A stretch of 64,000 bases of DNA. Source: Candidatus Marinacidobacterium sp. (GTDB lineage Bacteria > Acidobacteriota > Vicinamibacteria > Marinacidobacterales > Marinacidobacteraceae). The position numbers and the translations under genes were made by a program. A model generated the notes under the pieces. The model was given only the letters and a program-made list of their open reading frames with translations. It searched no databases and had not been told where the DNA came from. Below are positions 49,138 through 56,719 of the stretch, in pieces. Position 1 is the first letter of the stretch. Every line of letters begins with the position of its first letter. The stretch lies in NCBI GenBank assembly GCA_965202845.1, contig OZ241856.1:1247993-1311992 (forward strand), read 5' to 3'.

Positions 49138-51265
49138 GGCCGAACCGCCCCCCCCAGGTGGAACGGACGTATTCGAGGATGCGCTTGCCTTCGGGACGCT
49201 TCACGTCCCCGGAGGCGAGGAAGCGGCGCGCCTCCTCGTGCGCTTCGCGCAGCAGGTCCGCATCCCGCACCAGGTCGGCGACCCGGAAGGGAGGCAGTCC
49301 CGACTGCCGGAAGCCCATCACGTCCCCCGGCCCCCGGATCGCCAGGTCCTCCTCGGCGATCCGGAACCCGTCGGTGGTCTCCTGCATCACCTTGAGGCGG
49401 CGGAGCGCGGCCTCCCCGAGTTCGCTGCTTTCGGTGAGCAGCACCGCGGTCGAGGGCGCGGATCCGCGGCCCACCCGCCCCCGCAGCTGATGCAGCTGCG
49501 CCAGCCCGAAGCGCTCGGCGCCCTCGATGACCATCACGGTCGCGTTCGGCACGTCCACCCCCACTTCGATCACGGTGGTGGCGACCAGCACGTCGAGGCG
49601 GCCGGCGGCGAACCGCTCCATCGTCGCCTGGCGCTCCGGCGCCGACACCCGGCCGTGGACCAGGCCGACCCGCAGGTTCCGGAACGGCCCGTCCACCAAC
49701 TCGCGGAAGCGGACCTCGACGGCGCTCCCCGGAAGGACTTCCGAGTCCTCGATGAAGGGGCACACGTAGTAGGCCTGACGCCCTTCGCGCGCCGCCGCCC
49801 GAACCAGATCCTCCACTTCGGGGCGGTCCCCGCGCCCGCGCAGCAGGGTCTGGATGGGCTGGCGTCCGGGAGGCATGTCCCGCAGCTCGGAAACCGCCAG
49901 ATCGCCATACAGCGCCAAGGTCAGGGTGCGCGGGATCGGAGTCGCGGTCATCACCAGCAGGTCGACGCCCTCCCCGTTCCGGGCCAGCAGATCGCGCCGC
50001 TGGACGACCCCGAAGCGGTGCTGTTCGTCCACGATGGCGAAGCCCAGGTCGTGGAAGCGGGCGCCTTCCTGGATGAGCGCGTGGGTGCCCACCACGAACT
50101 GCGACCGGCCTTCCGCGACTGCTCGCAGGGTCGCCTCCCGATCCCGCTTCGAGAGGCCGGAAGTGAGCAGCGACACCAGAACGCCGTGGGGCTCCAGAAG
50201 GCGGCGGATCGTTCCGAAGTGCTGTTCGGCCAGAAGCTCGGTGGGGGCCATCAGCGCTGTCTGGGCGCGATTGCCCATGACGATCAGGGCGGCGATCACC
50301 GCGACGATCGTCTTGCCCGAACCCACATCCCCTTGAAGCAGCCGCCGCATCGGTTGTTTCTCCCGGAAGTCCTCGGCGATGGTTCGGAGCGCCTCCCGTT
50401 GGGAGCCGGTGAGCCGGAACGGAAGCGCCCGCCGCGCGGTCTCCCGGATTTCGTCGTTCGCGGCGAAGCGGCGCGCTTGAGGCCGTTCGTTCCGGTCGCC
50501 GCGGCGACGGAGCCGCAACCCGGCGGCGAAGGCGAAGAACTCCTCGAGGATCAGTCGTCGGTGTCCGGGCGACCGGCGCGTTTCCCATTCGGAAAGCGTG
50601 GCGTCGGCGGGCGGCAGGTGCACGGCGACCAGCGCCTCCTTCCGGGACGGGAGTCCCAGGCGCGCCGCCGCCTCCTCCGGCAGATGTCCGGTCCCCACCG
50701 CCTTGCCGGCCTTCTCGTCGTCATGCAGCAGCCGGTGGATCAGCTCGCGGAAGCGGCGGGGGCTGACCGCTCCCACCCGCTCGTAGACCGGAACCACCCG
50801 CCCGGCGTGGGGGGAGTCGTCCCCGTCTGTCGGCGCGTCGTCGGGTCGATCCCGGCTGTCCACCAGCTCCCAGGCCGGGTTCTGGAAATCCAGGGCGCCG
50901 CCGGGCGGGGTGTCTCCGAACAAGAGAACCCGCCGTCCCGGCTGGAGCGCCCGGCGGAGATGCACCTGGTTGAACCAGAGCGCCCGGACCGGTCCTTCGT
51001 CGGCGTCTCCCCGCAATTCCACCAGCTTGAGGTTGCGGCGGCGAGTCGGGCGCACGCTCACCGAGCGGACCACGACTTCCACCGCCCGCCGCCCGCCCGC
51101 CGCTTGCGGCGGCGTTTTCGCCATCGTGCGGTCCTCGTAGCGGTAGGGAAGGTGCAGCAGCAGATCGCAGACTCGGTGGATGCCCACCTCGGCCAGCGCC
51201 TTCGCGCGTCGATCCCCGACCCCCTTGAGAACCTGGACCTCGGTCTCGGGGGTGATTCCGGGCAC
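49121..51265 (-). CDS. recG: ATP-dependent DNA helicase RecG
   Basis: 714 aa; wedge domain plus SF2 helicase motifs (GDVGSGKT, DEQHRFG, TATPIPRT). Confidence 0.9.
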   Translation of the reverse strand: MPGITPETEVQVLKGVGDRRAKALAEVGIHRVCDLLLHLPYRYEDRTMAKTPPQAAGGRRAVEVVVRSVSVRPTRRRNLKLVELRGDADEGPVRALWFNQVHLRRALQPGRRVLLFGDTPPGGALDFQNPAWELVDSRDRPDDAPTDGDDSPHAGRVVPVYERVGAVSPRRFRELIHRLLHDDEKAGKAVGTGHLPEEAAARLGLPSRKEALVAVHLPPADATLSEWETRRSPGHRRLILEEFFAFAAGLRLRRRGDRNERPQARRFAANDEIRETARRALPFRLTGSQREALRTIAEDFREKQPMRRLLQGDVGSGKTIVAVIAALIVMGNRAQTALMAPTELLAEQHFGTIRRLLEPHGVLVSLLTSGLSKRDREATLRAVAEGRSQFVVGTHALIQEGARFHDLGFAIVDEQHRFGVVQRRDLLARNGEGVDLLVMTATPIPRTLTLALYGDLAVSELRDMPPGRQPIQTLLRGRGDRPEVEDLVRAAAREGRQAYYVCPFIEDSEVLPGSAVEVRFRELVDGPFRNLRVGLVHGRVSAPERQATMERFAAGRLDVLVATTVIEVGVDVPNATVMVIEGAERFGLAQLHQLRGRVGRGSAPSTAVLLTESSELGEAALRRLKVMQETTDGFRIAEEDLAIRGPGDVMGFRQSGLPPFRVADLVRDADLLREAHEEARRFLASGDVKRPEGKRILEYVRSTWGGRFGLTAAG

Positions 51266-51282
51266 GATGTCCGGCGGCGGCC

Positions 51283-51852
51283 TCAGCGGGGGGGATGCGC
51301 GCGCAGGCTCAGGGCGCCGTCCCGCACCTCCACCGATTCGATGCCGCCGGGAAGCGGAAACGGCTCGCCGGAAGCCGGCGGCGCCCCGGCGGCCCCGGCT
51401 TCCTGGAATGGGGCGAGCAGCGCCGGAACCAGCGCGTTCTCGACGGCGGCGGGCGGAAGCTCCATCCCGGCGATCACCGAGCGGCGCAGGGAGACCACTC
51501 CCATGCCGCCGGCGCCACGCACGGCGAAAGCCAACTCTACCGGCCGGGGGGCGCCCCCGCCCATGCCCGCCAGCGGGCCGAGGCGCGCCGGGTCCAGGCG
51601 GCCGGTGAGATGCACCTCGCCGGGGCGAAACCCCACCCGCAGTCCGGCGACCCCGGTCCGGGCGGCCAGCGAAGGCGCGAATACCGGCGATTCCAGAAGG
51701 GCGTTCACCTCGGATTCGGTGAACGTCGCCGACGGCGACTCCCCGGCGAGCAGCCCCAGCAGCTTGACCATGGCCTCGCCGCCGGACGGCGCCTGCGCCG
51801 CCGATGCGGCGAGCAGGAGAACAAGCAGGGCGGACACCTTCCTGAAGAGCAT
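51283..51852 (-). CDS. hypothetical secreted protein
   Basis: 189 aa from MLFRKVSALLVLLLAASAAQA (signal peptide) inside ORF 51283..52377; no recognizable domain. Confidence 0.5.
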   Translation of the reverse strand: MLFRKVSALLVLLLAASAAQAPSGGEAMVKLLGLLAGESPSATFTESEVNALLESPVFAPSLAARTGVAGLRVGFRPGEVHLTGRLDPARLGPLAGMGGGAPRPVELAFAVRGAGGMGVVSLRRSVIAGMELPPAAVENALVPALLAPFQEAGAAGAPPASGEPFPLPGGIESVEVRDGALSLRAHPPR

Positions 51853-52024
51853 GGGAGTGAGCTTATCCGGCGGCCGCAGCGCGTTCCGTCGCCAAGTGTT
51901 TTTTTGGCGCTGTTGCGCCCGTTCCCGCCCAAGGAGGCATCGCATCATGGATTCCCATCCCCCCCAGCCCCCCCACGCCCGCGCCGTGCGGTATACTCCC
52001 GACCATGATGGGACGGGCGAAGCG

Positions 52025-52537
52025 ATGAAGGTCGCGCGCGCCGAGGCGCCGAAGCCGCGCTCGGAGAAGCGGAACGCGGGCCTGATCGGGGTCATGTTCG
52101 CTGCGCTTCTGGGCGCCCAGGCGGCCAGCTTCGCGGCGCTCAACAGCAGGATGGACGATCTGCAGCAGCAGATCGGGGACAATCGGGCCGAAATGCATCG
52201 GGAGATCGGGGAACTCCGGTCGGAGATGCATCGGGAATTCGGGAAGCTCCGGTCGGAGATGCATCGCGAAATCCGAGCGCTCGCCGAGCGGATGACCCGC
52301 GTCGAACAGGAAGTGCAGAGCCTCAAGCAGGAAGTGCAGGCGCTCACCGAGCGGGTCACCCGTCTCGAATCCGCCATCCTGGGACCGCTCCCGGCCCCGG
52401 AAAACGGCGAGGCCGAAGCGCCCGGTCCCCCCGAAGAGGGCCGGGAGGTGGCGTCGGCGCGTCGGCCGGGTTATACTGCTCCCGCCCTTGGCGCTTGGAC
52501 GCGGGGTGGAGCAGTGGTTAGCTCATCGGGCTCATAA
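52025..52537 (+). CDS. membrane-anchored coiled-coil protein with 11-aa tandem repeats
   Basis: Starts MKVARAEAPKPRSEKRNAGLIGVMFAALLGAQAASFAAL (one TM helix), then a heptad-like coiled coil (RSEMHREIGELRSEMHREFGKLRSEMHREIRAL...VEQEVQSLKQEVQALTERVTRLE). The only in-frame stop (TAA 52535-52537) lies inside tRNA-fMet, so the 3' end is uncertain. Confidence 0.4.
   Translation: MKVARAEAPKPRSEKRNAGLIGVMFAALLGAQAASFAALNSRMDDLQQQIGDNRAEMHREIGELRSEMHREFGKLRSEMHREIRALAERMTRVEQEVQSLKQEVQALTERVTRLESAILGPLPAPENGEAEAPGPPEEGREVASARRPGYTAPALGAWTRGGAVVSSSGS
52200..52298 (+). repeat. 33-bp direct tandem repeat, about 3 copies (GARATGCATCGGGARNTCGGGRANCTCCGGTCG)
   Basis: Seen directly in the sequence: gaaatgcatcgggagatcggggaactccggtcg / gagatgcatcgggaattcgggaagctccggtcg / gagatgcatcgcgaaatccgagcgctcgccgag. 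Confidence 0.7.
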
Positions 52538-52575
52538 CCCGAAGGTCGGGGGTTCGAATCCCCCCCCCGCAACCA
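52500..52575 (+). tRNA. tRNA-fMet (initiator), anticodon CAT, encoded CCA
   Basis: Cloverleaf CGCGGGG-U-GGAGCAGUGGUUAGCUC-A-UCGGGCUCAUAACCCGA-AGGUC-GGGGGUUCGAAUCCCCC-CCCCGCA-A-CCA; C1·A72 mismatch and three consecutive G-C pairs in the anticodon stem are bacterial initiator hallmarks. Confidence 0.85.
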
Positions 52576-52619
52576 GCGTCCGCCTGTCGGGCGCTCGCCT
52601 CAAGGAAACCGCAGAAACC

Positions 52620-52883
52620 ATGAGCGCTATTGTTCGGGCTCGCGTTGACGAGAAGGTCAGACAGGAAGCGGCCGCCGTACTGGATGCGGTTGGTCTCACC
52701 TTCTCTGAAGCGTTTCGTCTGATGATGGTGCGGACCGCGACCGAAAAGCGCTTGCCTTTCGATCCCTTGCCCTTGATACCGAACGCGGAGACCGTCGCGG
52801 CCATGGAAGAAGCGCGTCGCGGCGAATTGGTCACAGTCGGCGACGTCGACGGCCTGACGGCCGATCTCAATGCGGACGATTAG
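52620..52883 (+). CDS. dinJ: RelB/DinJ-family type II antitoxin
   Basis: 87 aa, MSAIVRARVDEKVRQEAAAVLDAVGLTFSEAFRLMM... (ribbon-helix-helix, DinJ-like); its last 14 nt overlap the downstream toxin frame. Confidence 0.7.
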   Translation: MSAIVRARVDEKVRQEAAAVLDAVGLTFSEAFRLMMVRTATEKRLPFDPLPLIPNAETVAAMEEARRGELVTVGDVDGLTADLNADD

Positions 52884-53150
52884 GCGAGCCACAATCTTCA
52901 AGCGGGACTACAAGCGCGAGAAACGGGGCAGCCTCGCCAAAACCGTCGAGAAAGAGCTTTCGCGAGTCGTGGCCAGCCTTGCGGAAGATCGTCCGCTGAT
53001 GCTCCGCCACCGCGATCATCCGCTTGGCGGGCAGTGAGGGGCCACCGAAATTGCCACGTCAGGCCGGACTTGGTTCTGATCTACCGCAAGCCCGACGCGA
53101 GACATCTGGACCTTTTGCGCCTCGGCTCGCATAGTCAGCTCGGCCTCTGA
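52870..53150 (+). pseudogene. yafQ: YafQ/RelE-family toxin gene disrupted by a single frameshift
   Basis: Frame 1 from ATG 52870 gives MRTIRRATIFKRDYKREKRGSLAKTVEKELSRVVASLAEDRPLMLRHRDHPLGGQ-stop (53035-53037); the YafQ C-terminal homology continues in another frame (53040-53150: GHRNCHVRPDLVLIYRKPDARHLDLLRLGSHSQLGL-stop), matching the YafQ catalytic region ...DHPL.G.W.GYRD.H..PDWLLIY. Confidence 0.6.
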
Positions 53151-53301
53151 CCAGACGCGCTGCTCCACAACCACAGAGATTCCTGGCGCCCGATATCCGG
53201 CGGAAGGCCGGGTATCCTTCGGCCTGTCCCGGACGGCCGAGCGACCGGAAGCGCGGGACCGAAACCATCCCCGCCAGCCTGCCGAAGGAGCAAGGGTCCG
53301 C

Positions 53302-54291
53302 GTGCCTCATGTCCCGGTGATCCACGAACGCCGGCCGGCGCGCGCCGTGATCGCCGCTGGCGTAGTCGTCCTCGCCTCCGGCACCTTCGGCTACATGGGA
53401 ATCGAGGGCTGGACGCTGGTGGAATCCGCCTACATGACGGTCATCACCCTCTCCACCGTCGGCTTCGGCGAAGTCCGGTCGCTCTCTCCCGCCGGTCGGG
53501 TGTTCACCATCGGCCTGATCCTGGGCGGAGTCGCCACCCTGAGCTACGCCATCACCGCGCTCGGCGAGCAGATTCCGCGACGCCGCGAACGCCGCCTCGA
53601 GCGGAGGGCCCATCACATGCAGAACCACGTCATCATCTGCGGATACGCACGTATGTCGCAGGCGCTGGTGGACGGCTTCATCCGCCGCCGCGAAGCGTTC
53701 TGCGTGATCGAGCGCGACGCCGACCAGGTGCGCCGGCTTCAGGACCGCGGCATCCCGGTGATCGAGGGAGACGCCACCCTGGAATCCGTGCTGCAGAGCG
53801 CGCAACTCACCCACGCCCGGGCGATCGCCGCGCTCCTCTCATCCGACGCTGACAACTTGTCGATCGCGATGACCGCCACCGGATTGAAGCCGGGAATCCG
53901 CATCCTGGCGCGCTCCGAGCGGGAGCGCTCCCGCGCCAACTTGGTCCGCGCCGGCGCCCGGGACGAGGACGTGATCTCCCCGCACGGCGCCGCCGGCGTC
54001 CGCCTGCTCCAGAACCTGATTCATCCGAAGGGTGCGCAGGTCCTCGGCGTCCTCCACGGCCTGATGCCGCTCGGTCTCGAAGTGGATCGGCTGGTCGTGG
54101 ATCCCGGAGACCCGATCGCCGGAAAGACGCTCGCCGAAGCCGCCATCGCGCCCGGCCAGCGGGTCCTCGTGATGGCGATCGAGCGGGACGGCGCGGATCC
54201 GATCTTCGCCCCGCGCGGCGACGAGCGGCTCCTCGCCGGGGACACCCTCTTGCTGCTCTGCCACAACACTCCCGGAGACCCGCCGCAGTGA
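53302..54291 (+). CDS. 2-TM potassium channel with cytoplasmic RCK (TrkA-N/TrkA-C) domains, MthK-like
   Basis: Selectivity filter TVGFGE between two TM helices; Rossmann-like RCK domain (HVIICGYARMSQAL...) and TrkA-C domain; GTG start. Confidence 0.75.
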   Translation: MPHVPVIHERRPARAVIAAGVVVLASGTFGYMGIEGWTLVESAYMTVITLSTVGFGEVRSLSPAGRVFTIGLILGGVATLSYAITALGEQIPRRRERRLERRAHHMQNHVIICGYARMSQALVDGFIRRREAFCVIERDADQVRRLQDRGIPVIEGDATLESVLQSAQLTHARAIAALLSSDADNLSIAMTATGLKPGIRILARSERERSRANLVRAGARDEDVISPHGAAGVRLLQNLIHPKGAQVLGVLHGLMPLGLEVDRLVVDPGDPIAGKTLAEAAIAPGQRVLVMAIERDGADPIFAPRGDERLLAGDTLLLLCHNTPGDPPQ

Positions 54292-54668
54292 TGCGCGACC
54301 TGCTGGAGTCGTGGCGCGGCGGACTCGCCTTCAGCGGCGTCTTCCTGGCGGTCGCCCTCATCCGCCTGGCGCTCATGGACCGGACGCCCGGTTTTTTCCC
54401 AGCCGGGCTGCTCCTGGCGCTCCCGCAGCTCGCCCTCGTCTTCGGGGTCGGCTGCCTGCTCACCGTGCCGCTGCTGCGCCTGGTGCGGCGCCACCCGGAG
54501 CGCCACCGCCTCTTCATCGGGTTCTGGGCCGGCGCCCTCCCGCTCTCCGCGTTCCTCGCGGTGGTCGGCGGCCTTCTCGGCCCGATCGGCATCGTCGTCG
54601 GCTCGGCGGCGCCGGTCTTCATCGCGCTGGGCGTCGCCCGGCTGGTTCTCGCGCTGACCGCCGCATGA
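54288..54668 (+). CDS. hypothetical small membrane protein (4 TM)
   Basis: GTGATG overlap with the channel stop, suggesting co-transcription; 126 aa, highly hydrophobic. Confidence 0.45.
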   Translation: MMRDLLESWRGGLAFSGVFLAVALIRLALMDRTPGFFPAGLLLALPQLALVFGVGCLLTVPLLRLVRRHPERHRLFIGFWAGALPLSAFLAVVGGLLGPIGIVVGSAAPVFIALGVARLVLALTAA

Positions 54669-54682
54669 CCGCGCCCCCACCG

Positions 54683-54754
54683 AGCCGGCGAGTGGAATCG
54701 AACCACCGACCTGCTGATTACGAATCAGCTGCTCTGCCGCTGAGCTACACCGGC
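54683..54754 (-). tRNA. tRNA-Thr, anticodon CGT
   Basis: Minus-strand cloverleaf GCCGGUG-UA-GCUC-AGCGGCA-GAGC-A-GCUGA-UUCGUAA-UCAGC-AGGUC-GGUGG-UUCGAUU-CCACU-CGCCGGC-U; CCA not encoded. Confidence 0.85.
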
Positions 54755-54805
54755 GCGCGGAACCGTCGCAAACCCGGCATTCTACCCACTCCGCAAAGCC
54801 ACCGA

Positions 54806-54809
54806 TGAG
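54806..54809 (+). repeat. TGAG target-site duplication, left copy, of IS1380 copy 2
   Basis: TGAG immediately flanks both IS termini (54806-54809 and 56720-56723); removing the IS plus one copy restores ...CCG-ATG-AGC-CGC-AAC..., which is an ATG start for hsdM. Confidence 0.6.
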
Positions 54810-56719
54810 CCCCAAATCGGCGAGCTAATCTTTTTTCGGACTGAAAATCGTCTTTCGGGAGGGCGAGCCGGCCGTTTCCGGCCTCCGCGGGCGCCAAGAA
54901 CCGCCTTTTGAGGCGGGTCGGGAGGCGGATCTGCCGCAATTGGGCGCTGGTTGGACGGGTTTTGTGACCTGCGGGCGCACCTTCCCCTCAAAAACCGGGG
55001 GAAACGTCCTGCCGAAGCCCCGGGTCAGCCGGGGACGGGCGTCGGGGGCGACGTGGCGCGTTTCAAGCGCTGGAACGCCGCCAACAGCCGCGCCCCGTCC
55101 GCGTCGAACACCAGCTTGAACCGGCGACCATGCCGCACCAAGCGAGCCGCCAGATGGAGCCACACCGCGCGCAACCGCTTCATTCGCGCCCAGAGCCATT
55201 CGGGGCCATAGGCTGTGCGGCACGCCAGCGCCATCACATTCATCGTCAACGCCGCCAGCCAAAGCCAGGCCGCATTCGCCCCGAACCGACCCGACGGCAT
55301 CATCCCGCCCGCAAGGTCCGACTTGAGCGCCGAGTGAACCTGCTCCCCCCGACCACAGCGTTCATGCGCCGCCCGAACCACCTCACCGGCCTCCATGACC
55401 TCAAGCCCGTTCGCCCGCTCCAGCGGCAGCGCGTCCGGCGCCGGGAAGTTGGTCAGGTAGGCGCGGAAACGGTAAGACGGCTTGCCGTCCGCCGCCGGGC
55501 GTTCGCTTTCCCCAAAGCCCAGATTCCAGGGAATCGGGCGCCGAGTCGCCACATAACGGATCACGTCCTCCGGCCTCGAACGGGCGTCCATGTTCGAGAC
55601 GAAGGGCAACTCGGCGCATTCCAGGTCGCCTGCTTCATCACCCGACGCCGGCTCGATTCCCGACGCTACCGGGCTCCAAGCATCCTCGGGAAGTCGCTTC
55701 ACTTCCTCCAGAAGCGCCTTGGAAAGGGTGGCGCCGGCGATCAACCCCACGACCCTGAAACGCCGCGTCCTTTCGCTGCGCCGCGCCGGATTGTTGCACG
55801 CCCGGATCACAGCCTCCTGGTGGCCCGCCCCATCGGTTCGAAGCGTGACCCGCTCCACCACGGCGGGCAACTGCGCCAGCGTCTCGTCCAGGGCGCGCGC
55901 GTTGTCCAGCGAAGCCGGAACGTTCCCGTCGCGGAACTCCAGCCACGGCGTCATCCCGAGCTCGCGGCAGAACGCGATCAGCGGCTGGTAGCCCCGCTCT
56001 CCCGGAACCTCGCCCGTCGCCGCCCGGTAGGTGGGCCAGCACTCCCGCTTCCCCGAAGCGATGATCGTGGCGTCCAAGTCCAGCGTCAACGCCTTCGGGA
56101 TCTTCTTCCAAGGTCCGAAGTTCATCAGACGCCGGTTCACCTTCCGGAACAGTTCGTGGCGCTCGGTGTGGGGCGCGAGATAGGCGGTTCCCCGCTCCCG
56201 CTCCCCATCGTGCGCCCCCTCCACATGGAAGCGATCCAGCCAGTCCCGGATCGAGCGCGCCGAAGGAAAGCAGCGATCCCGCCCGCCCCGGAAGCGGGCG
56301 CGGAGCACTCGCCGCGGCATCCCGAACAGCTGCGGCTCGAAACGCCGCACCAGCTGGCGCAGTCCCCGGTCGGCCTCCAGTTGGTTGATGTCGGCCGCCC
56401 GGTCGAGGCCGGCGACGTTCAAGGACATCACCGCCAGGATCATCTGTCCGTCGGTCCAACCTTGCGACGGGCCGCCTTTCGTGTGCCCGAGGCCGACGAG
56501 GATGCGCCCCCGCGCCAGCAGTTCGAGCAGCAACACGATGCCGCCGCGCGCGGTGAAGGCCGGACCGTCGGGCGCGACCTCGAGCTTGATCGGAGAGCGG
56601 AAACGTGGGAATATGACTTCACCCGGCTGGTGATGCCTCTTGGGGCGTTTTTTTCTGCATAACCCATTGTACGTCAATGGTCCAGCCGGGTACAACCCCT
56701 TTTTGCTCGCCGATCTAGG
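54810..56719 (-). mobile_element. IS1380-family insertion sequence, copy 2, complete (1910 bp)
   Basis: Imperfect terminal IRs CCCCAAATCGGCGAGC... and CCTAGATCGGCGAGC...; the inner 1478 bp are identical to window nt 1-1478; flanked by TGAG direct repeats. Confidence 0.85.
55025..56695 (-). CDS. IS1380-family DDE transposase
   Basis: 556-aa ORF filling the element; identical to the partial copy at 1-1263. Confidence 0.85.
   Translation of the reverse strand: MYPAGPLTYNGLCRKKRPKRHHQPGEVIFPRFRSPIKLEVAPDGPAFTARGGIVLLLELLARGRILVGLGHTKGGPSQGWTDGQMILAVMSLNVAGLDRAADINQLEADRGLRQLVRRFEPQLFGMPRRVLRARFRGGRDRCFPSARSIRDWLDRFHVEGAHDGERERGTAYLAPHTERHELFRKVNRRLMNFGPWKKIPKALTLDLDATIIASGKRECWPTYRAATGEVPGERGYQPLIAFCRELGMTPWLEFRDGNVPASLDNARALDETLAQLPAVVERVTLRTDGAGHQEAVIRACNNPARRSERTRRFRVVGLIAGATLSKALLEEVKRLPEDAWSPVASGIEPASGDEAGDLECAELPFVSNMDARSRPEDVIRYVATRRPIPWNLGFGESERPAADGKPSYRFRAYLTNFPAPDALPLERANGLEVMEAGEVVRAAHERCGRGEQVHSALKSDLAGGMMPSGRFGANAAWLWLAALTMNVMALACRTAYGPEWLWARMKRLRAVWLHLAARLVRHGRRFKLVFDADGARLLAAFQRLKRATSPPTPVPG

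Noticed and set aside
48878-52024. Upstream 1050 aa of the 1219-aa plus-strand ORF
   Set aside because: It lies antisense to recG and the secreted hypothetical. Only the last 171 codons, from ATG 52025, look like a real coiled-coil and TM gene.
53059-53814. 251-aa minus-strand ORF
   Set aside because: It lies antisense to the yafQ remnant and the potassium channel gene, with no homology, and is a high-GC artefact.
1-56719. Composite transposon formed by the two IS1380 copies
   Set aside because: The 53 kb between them is core metabolism (TCA cycle, aminoacyl-tRNA synthetases, recG), not cargo. The copies are inverted and copy 2 has its own TGAG duplication, indicating independent simple insertions.
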